From the NCBI GenBank assembly GCA_038087875.1, contig JAXLNO010000224.1:50179-70178 (forward strand): a stretch of DNA of 20,000 nt, read 5' to 3'. Of the stretch, positions 11,051 through 20,000 are shown piece by piece. Each line of letters begins with the position of its first letter. Positions within the stretch are counted from its first letter, which is position 1. Source of the DNA: Malacoraja senta. Taxonomy: Eukaryota. Both the position numbers and the translations under genes were made by a program. The notes below the pieces were generated by a model. The model was not told where the DNA came from. It was given only the letters and a program-made list of their open reading frames with translations, and did no database searches.

Positions 11051-11903
11051 CTAAACCCCACAATACTGTACAGTATAAATACATCAAATTGCCATTCTTT
11101 TAGCAAGAATTGTAATCTGTCCCAACTTGTAAGTGCAAAACATTAATGTCTCTTACAGAACCAGACCCCTTACCTCAGGGTTTGCCTATGGCAATTGTTA
11201 TCCCCTGATCTTAGTGGAATATTGTAACCGCCACATACCTCAGGAGGAGTGCGCCAACAACGCAAATATGGGAAAGACCGATTTGATCCTTCACTGTCCA
11301 CAGTTACCACACATTGGTAGTGAAAACTGCCTTCGATTTGATCTGCCAATCACACAGGATCATTCCTTTTTTTGGCTAGATTCTTTCCAAAACAGATTTT
11401 TAGGCAATTAAATATTTGATGGTGTACAGAGCCCCCCAACTTAGAGTGTATATTAGGTCATATAGAACTTTTATAAATACAGTTCATTTCGAAGTGTGCA
11501 CTACACATGGGTGCTAATTCAACCTTGTTGTGATATAGACACATGCTCTCCATCCAACCTCTGGCCAAAAAGCCGTAATGCCTGACCAGCAATTTCAACA
11601 CCCTCTCCCACGCTGAGCCTGCTTACAATGCTCAATACTGCGGGTTTCATATTTATAGACAGCTCATACATGGTTAGAACCTGGAGCTGCTGGGAGAGCA
11701 AGTAATTTATTGACATTCCTAATTTATCTCCCAATGGTTCCCCTGAGAGTTTTGGAACCACAACTTTTATATATTGTGCCAAATCTGGTCCTTTAGGCTC
11801 TGTTATTGGGCTCTGGTCCTCATATGATTCGTTTATTGAATCTTTGTATGAAATAATCCTCCTCATGGAGTGGCGAATTGGCATCCTGCTTCAGGTGTTT
11901 AAG

Positions 11904-12300
11904 GCGCTGGCTCTCCCATAGGCCTACGCATAGTAAACCCTTTCCCAGGTGCTCGCCGTGCGGGCTCTCCTGTAGGCCCATACATAGGCAGCCCACTTTC
12001 AAGTGCTGCTGGCGCTGCCGCACCTGTCGGCCAACGCTTAAACTGCCCATTCTCCAGACATAGTTGGCGCTGGCTCTCCTGTAGACCAACGCATAAAAAT
12101 ACCTTTATCCAGGCATTGCTCACACTGGCTCCCCTGTAGGCCAGCGCTGAGCCGGACCTTCCCAAGTACTCCCTGCGCTGGCTCTCCCTTCGGCCAACGC
12201 TGAGCCGGACCTTCTAAAGCACTCCATGCGCTGGCTCTCCGAAAGACCAACGCTAAGCCCGGACCTACCCAGGCACTCCCTGCGCTGGCCTCCCAACGCG
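11904..12300. repeat. Minisatellite of about 54 bp, about 8 units, in the 5' (gag-position) region of the DIRS
   Basis: A GCGCTGGCTCTCC-like core occurs at about 11904, 11958, 12012, 12067, 12122, 12175, 12228 and 12282. Confidence 0.88.
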
Positions 12301-12735
12301 GTTCGGAATAGAGCAAAATATCTGCCTGAGTCGGGGATCCTCCGGTCTGACTCTTCAGAGTCTACTGGCCACCCGGCCTTTTTCTCTTGCGCCCTAATGG
12401 CGCTACAACGGTATATATATTCAACCGTATTTAAAATCAAAAATGGCGCCCGCTACTCGCAGACCCGCGGTCTTTCTCGAGTTTACCTTCGGTACGCCTC
12501 TAACATCCTTTCTTCATTCTGACTTGTGTTTTCCCAACTACAAGTCCTCTGAAGAAAGCGACCTGAAAAACGTAAGTAAAAGACTTACCTTCAGGCTTTT
12601 TACATACCGGTTTGGAGGAGCTCTGCTCACACACACACATCGGTCACTGCGCTATGCGTCTGACGATATGACGCGTGTGCCGCTGGACGGGCTCTTCTTC
12701 ACGTAGTCACTCACGTGACTCCGAAGTAAATTAGT

Positions 12736-13150
12736 CTGTGTCTGTGTGAATGAGTGTGTGTGTGTGTGTGTGTGTGCGTGTGTGTGTGTGTGTGTGTGAA
12801 TGAGTCTGTGTGTGTGTGTGTATGTGTGTGTGAATGAGTCTGTGTGTGTGTGTGAGAATGAGTCTGTGTGTGTGTATGTGTGTGTCTGTGTGAGTGTGAA
12901 TGAGTGTGTGTGAGTGTGTGTGTATCTGTGAATGTGTCGGTGTATGTGTGTATGTGTGAATGAGTCTGTGTGTGTGTGTGTGAATGAGTCTTTGTGTGTA
13001 TGTATGAATGAGTCTGTATGTGTATGTGTGAAAGCGTCTGTGTGTGTGAATGAGTCTGTATGTGTGTGTGTATGTATGAGTCTGTGTGTGTGTATATGAG
13101 TCTGTGTGTGTGTGTGTGTGTCTGTGTGTGTGTGTCAGTGTATGTGTGTG
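12736..13150. repeat. Compound (TG)n / GTGAATGAGTCT repeat, right flank of the DIRS
   Basis: TG runs punctuated by repeated GAATGAGTCT. It continues the tract at 7718-7879. Confidence 0.93.
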
Positions 13151-13159
13151 AGGTGGAAG

Positions 13160-13295
13160 TTATATGTGATCAACAAATAACAAATAGTACACAAATATAG
13201 TATTTCGTAGTTCAGAGCTTATTTGTTATGTTTAATAGCCTGATGGCTGTCAGGAACAAGCTGTTCCTCAATGTAGATGTTACAAATTTCAGTTT
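13160..13295 (-). mobile_element. Short Rex/Babar-like LINE ORF2 C-terminal fragment inside the Helitron
   Basis: Reverse complement of about 13230-13292 translates to LKFVTSTLRNSLFLTAIRLLN, like the 'RNSFFP.AIRLLN' terminus of the other LINE copies in this window. Confidence 0.6.
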
Positions 13296-13727
13296 ACAAA
13301 AGTCGGACGTCACTCCAGAATTCGGGCATAAGTCAGTCAGTCCGCAATCCGTGAGTCAGTCAGTCAGTCCAAAGGCCATGAGTTAATCCCAAGGCAGTGA
13401 CTGAGTCCAGAGGTCATGAGTAAGTCGCTCACCGCCCCCCCCCCCTCCACTGACATCGCCCACCTCAAGACACTGCCCTCCGCCTGGCTATAGGATGCGC
13501 CCCCTCCTGCCCCCTACTGAAGCCGCCCACATCCCCCGCTGGAGGACACCCCCCCTTCTTATCAGCTCACGAGAGCCACCGCCTGAAGCTGTGCCCCTCC
13601 CTTGGCTGCACGACGTTTACCACCCCCCACCCCACCCTGACAGCCCCCGCCTGAAAACAATGTTTTGCACAAATTCTTCAGTGTTCATTAACAACTGAAA
13701 TTGTTTTTAGGCTGCTTTTTCGACATC

Positions 13728-13937
13728 ATGTCAGGAAAAGTTAGAGGTCAAGGTGATGTGGTTATTGCTGTAGCATCCACTGGGATAGCAGCTACGTTAA
13801 TGCCTGGTGGAAGAACTACACATTCTCGATTCAAGATACCCATCCAAGTGGCCGAGGATACATTCTGTAACATCGAGAAGAACTCTAAGACGGCACATTT
13901 CATGAGGCAAGTGAAAGTCATTGTTTGGGATGAATGT
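13728..13937 (+). pseudogene. Helitron PIF1-family (SF1B) helicase fragment
   Basis: KVRGQGDVVIAVASTGIAATLMPGGRTTHSRFKIP...VIVWDEC contains PIF1 motifs Ia and Ib and Walker B. Walker A and the downstream motifs are absent. Confidence 0.9.
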
Positions 13938-14722
13938 CTCTTTTTAACAACAGGAAATAGTCATCAAGAGGCAGTGAGCAGCAGAACACAACAAGAGACA
14001 CAACATGAAATAACTTAATAATTCTCATCTTTAACATTTAAATTGTTCTCATATTTTTTGAGTTATTCACATTTTAAACTTCAATAAATCCTTTTTTGCA
14101 CTTTTCATGCCTGCCTGTTCTTCATCACAATGCGAACCTGATAGGCAGGAATGGCTGCTCGGTGAGAGAGCCACTAAGAGTGAATGGGGGAGGTTGTGGG
14201 GAGATGCACTGAACGTGTGGGTGGGAGGGGAATGGCAAGGAGCAGAGTGGGGGGTGAAGGTAGGTGGGGTGACTGAGTGAACTGCGAGCGTACCAGGCGT
14301 GACTGACTGCACTGCCAGCCCACAAGCCTTGAGTTAGTGAATTGACATCCCACCAGCCGTAAGTGACTGAACTGCCAGCCCAATAATCCATTCAGTCCAC
14401 CCTCTCCCCCTTCTCTCTCACAGTCTGTCACCTGTTTTGGGCAGAATTTCAGGCAGTTTCTCAGCTGCCTGCCTGTCAGGTCCAAGTGATTGTACTGCCA
14501 GGCCTCAGTGACTGAGCCGCCTGGCCTCACTGACTGAGCTGCCAGCCCATGAATCTATTCGGCCCACAATGTCTATACCAACCCTCTGGAAACCAGTCCC
14601 TTCGGCCCACAATACCCATACTAGCACAACAGTAAGCCCCCCCCCCCACCACTGGCCAGCACTATTGGAATTGGTAGAGAGTTGGAATATTGCGTTGGAT
14701 GACCAGCCCTCCCGTGTGATGC

Positions 14723-14751
14723 TGGGACCCAACGGGTCCCACTTAGTCTAG
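14723..14751 (+). other. Helitron 3' terminal hairpin plus CTAG
   Basis: TGGGACCC-AAC-GGGTCCCA, then CTTAGT, then CTAG, followed by T. Confidence 0.9.
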
Positions 14752-14862
14752 TATTCATATATAAAAATACACCGTTTTGTTTTCTCGTTTATAACATTAT
14801 TTACAGAGAACCATGTTTACATATTCTGTTTACATAAGGGAATAAAACACTCTTGACTCTTG

Positions 14863-14916
14863 GCTCGTTGGCCCGAAGGGCCTGTTTCTACGCTGTATCT
14901 TTAAATTAAACTAAAA
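14863..14916 (+). mobile_element. CR1/SINE-type 3' tail fragment
   Basis: TTGGCCCGAAGGGCCTGTTTCTACGCTGTATCTTTAAATTAAACTAAA: a GGCCC/GGGCC hairpin plus short repeat tail, as in CR1-related 3' ends. Confidence 0.65.
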
Positions 14917-14934
14917 ACATTAAAACCAGAGGGA

Positions 14935-14996
14935 GTCTAATTAAGGGTCTCTACCCGAAACGTCACCCAATTTCTTCTATCCAGAGATGCTGGCTG
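14935..14996 (+). mobile_element. Penelope-like element terminal-repeat relic with a degenerate minimal hammerhead motif
   Basis: GT-CTAATTA-A-GGGT-CTCT-ACCC-GAAA-CGTC-AC: helix II and GAAAC-GTC are retained, while the CTGANGA box is mutated. Confidence 0.55.
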
Positions 14997-15115
14997 CTGC
15001 ATGGAGTCCCCCCGCACAATTAAACCATGGAATAGTCTTCACCCTACCATAGTTACCCAACCAGACGCAACTAAATTTAAGGTACCTCTTTTTCCCCAAG
15101 AACCCTTTTTTGCTT

Positions 15116-15350
15116 AAGTCCAAGTCAAGAGTCAAGAGAGTTTTATTGTCATGTGTCCCAGATAGGACAATGAAATTCTTGCTTGCTGCAGCACAGCAGA
15201 ATATGCAAACATAATACAGAACAGGAGATAAAAGTTCAGTTTGTTTATAGACCATATATATACACAAGTTGGCGATATGCAGACTAAAAATTCAGAAGAT
15301 TCAGAAGCATAAATAAACAGATAAAATGCAATCGGCTGTTATTGTTCAGC
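15116..15350 (-). mobile_element. Retroposon 3' UTR and tail fragment (Rex/Babar-like); a deleted + strand copy lies at about 14785-14862
   Basis: Minus strand AATTTCAT-TGTCCT-ATCT-GGGACA-CATGACAATAAAA followed by CTCTTGA repeats. The same tail AATAAAACACTCTTGACTCTTG occurs at 14841-14862. Confidence 0.65.
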
Positions 15351-15750
15351 CCTCCACCACCTCCAGTTTAAATTCCATTTAGAATATTTATGGAGGACCA
15401 GGAAACCAGAAGCAAGAGTTACTCCAGGGAGTTACTCCAGATCCAGGGTCAGGGAGTGATTCAGCGTTGGTTATCAGCGGTCGCGGACAGCAATGGCGGC
15501 CAGGTATCCTACAATTCAAATCGAGGGAGAAAGTGCCCACCGCCGACCAGTTGCAGTGGCAGTGCGCATGCGCAGGGCGGCCGATGATGTGCTGGCCGTG
15601 GATGTGCGCATGTGCAGGGGGAGGATGTGCTGGCCGTAGCAGTGCGCATGTGCAAGGAGGCCTGCCGTGCCGGCGGATGAGGAGCGAGCGGAGAGCGGAG
15701 AACCGGCGGCCCGGACATGGATACGGCTAGCGGGCGGATACGGGGAGTTG

Positions 15751-15754
<4 letters not shown>

Positions 15755-15809
<55 letters not shown>
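15755..15809. repeat. (GA)n microsatellite
   Basis: Directly visible in the sequence. Confidence 0.97.
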
Positions 15810-15918
15810 TGGGGGGCGCTCAGAGTTGAACGGCAGGTGTCCTGCCTTGGCCAGAGGCCGCCTATATTTCGAGGCCCTAAGCTTAAGCTTGTCAAGCTTA
15901 TACGTAAATCCGGCCCTG

Positions 15919-16067
15919 TCTCTGACCCCTCTCACCCTGGCCACAAACTCTTTGAATCACTTTCCTCTGGAAGGCGACCACGCACTGTCAAAGCTGCTAC
16001 AGCCAGACATAAAATCAACATTTTTCCACGAGTGGTAGCTCTACTCAAAAACACCAACATCTGTAGA
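15919..16067 (+). mobile_element. Second fragment of the same LINE family as the intronic copy, in opposite orientation
   Basis: SDPSHPGHKLFESLSSGRRPRTVKAATARHKINIFPRVVALL; the nucleotide sequence aligns with the reverse complement of about 2059-2202. Confidence 0.88.
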
Positions 16068-16564
16068 GGCCCGAGAGGGAGTCCACCGTCACGACCGCCC
16101 CGCCCTCAACTCTGCCAGCAGCGACCCTGAAGACAAGAGACGGGTACACGAGATCTGGTCTCCTCACTCGTGAGCCTAACCGCCTCCATTACTCCGGTTC
16201 TGGAGGTGGGGAGGGCCTCATGTGGTGGGCTGAGCCATTTTGATATCGAACCGTCGTGGTTCGGGCTCGAGCTCTTGCGTGGACCGGGCGTGATCTGGGC
16301 AGACCAACCACGTGGTCACGAGGCGGGACGACGTGATCTGGGCCAACTAATTACTCGGCCATCGTGGGGTTGGTGTACAAAGGATTTGGTGGTTGAAGTT
16401 CGTGAGCGACGGGGCTGCATCGTATAATTATTAAACGGAGTGTTTACACAAGCGTGGACCTCCACAACACACTCTATCGAAGAAGAAAGCGATAGTACTT
16501 AAAACTCAACTGTAATTCCAAACTCGCTTTCCACTTTCACCACATACGAATCATAACATCTCTT

Positions 16565-17062
16565 CATAACAAGAGGAGTTTAGTACAGGAGCAAAGAGGT
16601 CCTTCTGCACTTGGATAGGGCCATAGTGAGCCCACACCTGGAGTATTGTGTGCAGTTTTGGTCCCCAAATTTGAGGAAGGATATGCTATTGAGGGAGTGC
16701 ATTGTAGGTTCACGAGGTTAATACCCGCGATGGCGGGACTGTCATATGCTGCGAGAATGGAGCGGCTGGGCATTTGTACTCTGGAATTTAGAAGGATGAG
16801 AGGCGTTGTCTTTGCAACATAAGATTATTAAGGGTTTGGACACGCTGGAGGCAGTAAACAAGTTCCCGATGTTGGGGGAGTCCAGCACCAGGGGCCACAC
16901 ATAGTTTAAGAATAAGGGGTAAGGCATTTAGAACGGAGATGATGAAATACATTTTCACCCAGAGAGTTGTGTGTCTGTGGAATTCTCTGCCTCAGAGGGC
17001 TGAGGGCTGTGGAGGCCTGTTCTCTGGATATTTCCAAGAGAGAGCTTGATAGGCTCTTAAAG
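16565..17062 (+). mobile_element. CR1 LINE ORF2 C-terminal fragment, decayed
   Basis: YRSKEVLL...PHLEYCVQFWSP...GLSY..RMERLG..TLEFRRMRG...KIIKGLD...TRGH...FTQRVV.LWNSLP is recognisable across frameshifts and stops. Confidence 0.9.
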
Positions 17063-17069
17063 GGCTCTT

Positions 17070-17200
17070 AATAATAATAATAATAATAATATTAATAATA
17101 AAATAATAATAATAATAATACTAAGCCTTTATTGTAATTGTACTTAGAAATACAACGACATTCGCAGAGCTACTCCTGATCAGTGCAACCAAAACAAGTT
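17070..17200 (-). mobile_element. Retroposon 3' end with (ATT)n tail; the body probably extends rightwards
   Basis: (AAT)n at 17070-17120. The minus strand reads AATGTCG-TTGTATT-TCTA-AGTACAA-TTACAATAAAG. Confidence 0.55.
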
Positions 17201-17861
17201 AAAACAAGACTAAAACACATCCAAAACATTCAATACGTTATTTAACTGTTTAAAATAGTAGATACATTATATTTGCCACACCGAGGTAGAACATCGCACT
17301 GCGAGAATATTACACTTTAAAATTGAATAAATAGTTTAAATAATTATTTAAAAAAGAAGAAATATTAGCAGAGTGGTCTGTTTCCGCTCCACATTTCTTC
17401 ACCATCAAAGGTTAGATGACTCCAGTGAGGCCAGATTGTGAATAGCGTGTTTCATCACTGGTCTAGCTGCCTCATGAATGCACTGTTGATAGAGGGATAG
17501 AGAATGTGGCAGTGAATATGAGAACCCGTTGAATGTTCTGGGAAGTATAAACAGTCTGTGTGTGTCCACACGCTCGATCCAGGACGTGTGTGGATTAAAA
17601 TATATAGGCGGACGGTACATTGGTGTATGATTGCGGCGCGGACACAGCGGGCAAACGCTAGAGTCAGTGAGCTCTGTCGGTCCTCACAGCCTAAGCCCAT
17701 ACCATAGATACAGTTTTCACTGTTTGTTATGTGTTTCCTTTGTCTAGTATTCCACATGCGGCCTTACCAGCGACTTACAGAGCCTCAACATTACATCCCT
17801 GTTTTTGTATACAAAGCCCTCTTGATATAAAAGCTACAGGTAAGAAAGAATGCTACATGCT

Positions 17862-18260
17862 GAAAGAACTTCTACGGGTGCACGGTAGAGAGCATGCTGA
17901 CCGGTTGTATCATGGCTTGGTTCGGCAACCTGTGCGCCCAGGAGCGGAAAAGACTGCAAAATGTAGTAAACACTGCCCAGTCCATCATCGGCTGTGACGT
18001 CGCTCCAAATCGAGTGGATCTATGGCAGTCGCTGCCTCAAAAAGACTGGCAGCATCATCAAGGACCCACACCATCCTGGCTACACACTCATCTCCCCGCT
18101 ACCTTCAGGTAGAAGGTACAGAGCATGAAGACTGCAACGGCCAGGTTCAGGAATAACTACTTCCCCGCAGCCATCAAGCTATTAAACTCAGCTCAAACAA
18201 AACTATGAACATTAATAGTCCATTGAACTTTATCTGGTTATTTATGTGTGTATAGATATA
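17862..18260 (+). mobile_element. Rex/Babar-like LINE ORF2 C-terminal fragment from a different subfamily than the intronic copy
   Basis: NFYGCTVESMLTGCIMAWFGNLCAQERKRLQNVVNTAQSIIG, IIKDPHHPGYTLISPLPSGRRYR and FRNNYFPAAIKLLN, with frameshifts. Confidence 0.87.
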
Positions 18261-18940
18261 ACCAGGGGACACAGTTTAAGAAAAAGCGGTAAGCCATTTA
18301 GATCTAGGCTGTGGGCCGAGGAGCTTTGTTCCAGTGTTTCGTGATCCAAGTCACCAAACTACATGAAATGTTCACATATTGTGTAAAAAATCATATAAAT
18401 CACCACTGAATCTCGTCATGAACAAGACTTGCACATTTTCATTAAATTAGAGAAAAACCGGAAAATTTTCGGGTATTTTTAGTCCAATCAAAGCACGTTT
18501 AACATTGAGTTGTATGCCAGTTGGCCAATCACGCGCTTTGGTTTCAGGCTAGCTAGGCAGGGAGCACTGAGAGGGCTTCACTGATGCCTGTTTTACTGGA
18601 GATTCCGACGAAGATTTTTTCTAGTTCTGTGGAATACATGTCGTGGAAACTAGCAGCAAGGTAGTTGTATTTAGTGAGAAAAGCATGAAGAAGTCTGAAG
18701 AATGTGCAGCTAAGTGAAGAAAGTCTTGAAAGCATGTCCCTGCCTGAGGTGCTGCTGTCAAACTTTGTGAATCAAATGGAACTGAAAAGGTTAAGATCTA
18801 AAGTCAGAATTTATGAAAATTAATCTGTATGCACTTTAATTAATTTAATTGCACCTTTATAATGTGAAAAAATGAGATTTGGAGGCTGTACATTCACTCA
18901 TTCATTCACATTCATTCATTCATACATTCACTCGGTGATT

Positions 18941-19705
18941 CGGTGGCGCTGTTGCTAGCTGCCTCCGCCTTCAGTCCGGTATCTTTTTGTATTTTTGTTA
19001 TGTTTTTGGTATGTTTGAAGAGCGTTTTTTTGTGGTTTTTTAAATGGTTTTTATGTGGGGGAAGAGGGTACAGTAAGGGGGATACCGTCCTTCAGTCGCT
19101 TCCTTGAGACGATGCGACTATTATTCGAGTCGCGTCCTCGCCCCCCACCCCCGCTCCGGCAGCAGCGGCGCAACGTTGGAAACATCGCGGGGCGGGCGAT
19201 GCCTTACCGGGGATCGCCGTTTGGAGCTCCGGAGTGCTGGGCCTGCTGCACCGACAGCGCGGAGCTGTGATTCGCGGAGCTCCCAACGCGGGCGGCGCTG
19301 ACCTACACCGCGCAGTCCTGCGACTCCACCGGCTCGGCCTGCGGACTCCGGTGGGAGGTGGCTGATCTGGAGGTCGCCGCTGAAGATATCTCCGTCGGGG
19401 TTACACCGTTCACGGCGAGAGGGCCTGAGCATCGGGCCGCCCGTGGCGGCGACTGCGGGTGCTCGGGAGGCCCCGACTACGGGTGAACATCTGGGAAGAT
19501 CGGCGGGAGGTGGCTGGACTATGGTACCTTCCTTAACTTTGGTGCCACTGTGGGATTATGCTGTGTGTGGACTTCTGTGTTGGTGCTTTAAAAAAAAAGT
19601 TTATTTATTTATTATTTATTTTTATGTTACTTGACCTGTAAGGAAAATACATTTCGTTGTCTCTAAAATGAGATAATGACAATAAATTGAATACAACAAC
19701 AACAA
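18941..19705 (+). mobile_element. Non-autonomous retroposon of about 765 bp with CpG-rich core, inserted in a (CATT)n/(CACT)n tract
   Basis: Flanked on both sides by CATT/CACT repeats (18890-18932 and 19706-19747). It ends CATTTCG-TTGTCTC-TAAAAT-GAGATAA-TGACAATAAA with a (CAA)n tail and has no credible ORF. Confidence 0.65.
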
Positions 19706-19747
19706 TTCACTCACTCACTCGTTCATTCACTCATTCGTTCACTCATT

Positions 19748-20000
19748 ATATATATATATATATATATTATATTAAAACTCTGTGGCTGCCATGCGCCTGA
19801 CTTGTGTCACAAATCCCTTTGATACCGCCCTCGGCCCACACAGCACGCGGAAACGCCGAATTTTTTAACGCGACAGATTACATTTATCTTTACGAATAGA
19901 CACTCCTGATTAAATTTGATCGTGTTTATGGTACACTTTTTTAAATGAATTACTTCTCACCCCCCCCACAACATTTCAAAATGTTAAAAAAACAGCTCTC
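19748..20000 (+). mobile_element. Candidate 5' end of a further Helitron-like element, running off the window
   Basis: (TA)n then TATTATATTAAAACTCTG followed by a CpG-containing segment, resembling TCTATATTACTAAAAGGCTG at 6826. No clean A|TC is visible. Confidence 0.35.

Larger units (their letters stand above)
7880..12735 (-). mobile_element. DIRS1-like tyrosine-recombinase retrotransposon, near full length, coding regions decayed
   Basis: Inverted repeats 7936-7975 and 12669-12708 match at 36/40. There is an internal complementary region at 8087-8199. The minus-strand order is gag-position region, RT, RNase H, MT-like domain, YR. No TSD. Confidence 0.93.
6826..14751 (+). mobile_element. 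Non-autonomous Helitron with both termini intact (about 3 kb once the nested DIRS is removed)
   Basis: 5' end A|TCTATATTACTAAAA at 6825/6826. The 3' end has an 8-bp-stem hairpin at 14723-14741 followed by CTAG|T at 14751/14752. It sits between A and T without a TSD and carries a PIF1 helicase fragment in the same orientation. Confidence 0.8.

Noticed and set aside
12549..12576. CTGAAGA...GAAA as a hammerhead core in the DIRS leader
   Set aside because: The intervening AAGCGACCT cannot form helix II and no flanking helices are evident.
13701..14018. Host PIF1 helicase gene
   Set aside because: It is only a partial domain of the Helitron-type sequence, enclosed by Helitron termini.
18302..18850. 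Probable further interspersed repeat with two CCAATC boxes
   Set aside because: No termini, TSD or coding relic could be identified, so it cannot be classified from the sequence alone.

Overview
Eukaryotic, repeat-rich vertebrate DNA; the repeat content and receptor type suggest a cartilaginous fish such as a skate or ray (inference). The only intact gene is a two-coding-exon class A (rhodopsin-like) GPCR of the GPR139/GPR142-like type on the + strand: exon 1 at 508-607 (missed by the ORF track), exon 2 at 2644-3575, 343 aa spliced. About 270 bp after its stop codon begins a roughly 11 kb transposon nest. An old minus-strand Helitron (decayed Rep N-terminus) is interrupted by a SINE-like insert and by a second, plus-strand non-autonomous Helitron with both termini intact (A|TC at 6826, hairpin plus CTAG|T at 14751) and a PIF1 helicase fragment. 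The inner Helitron contains a near full-length but decayed DIRS1-type tyrosine-recombinase retrotransposon (about 7880-12735; ITRs, ICR, RT/RH/MT, YR). The rest is CR1 and Rex/Babar-like LINE fragments, non-autonomous retroposons sharing one 3' stem-loop framework, a Penelope-like hammerhead relic and microsatellites. No clearly new biological system can be demonstrated from sequence alone. The best leads are the atypical GPCR, the nested Helitron/DIRS structure and the shared retroposon 3' module.
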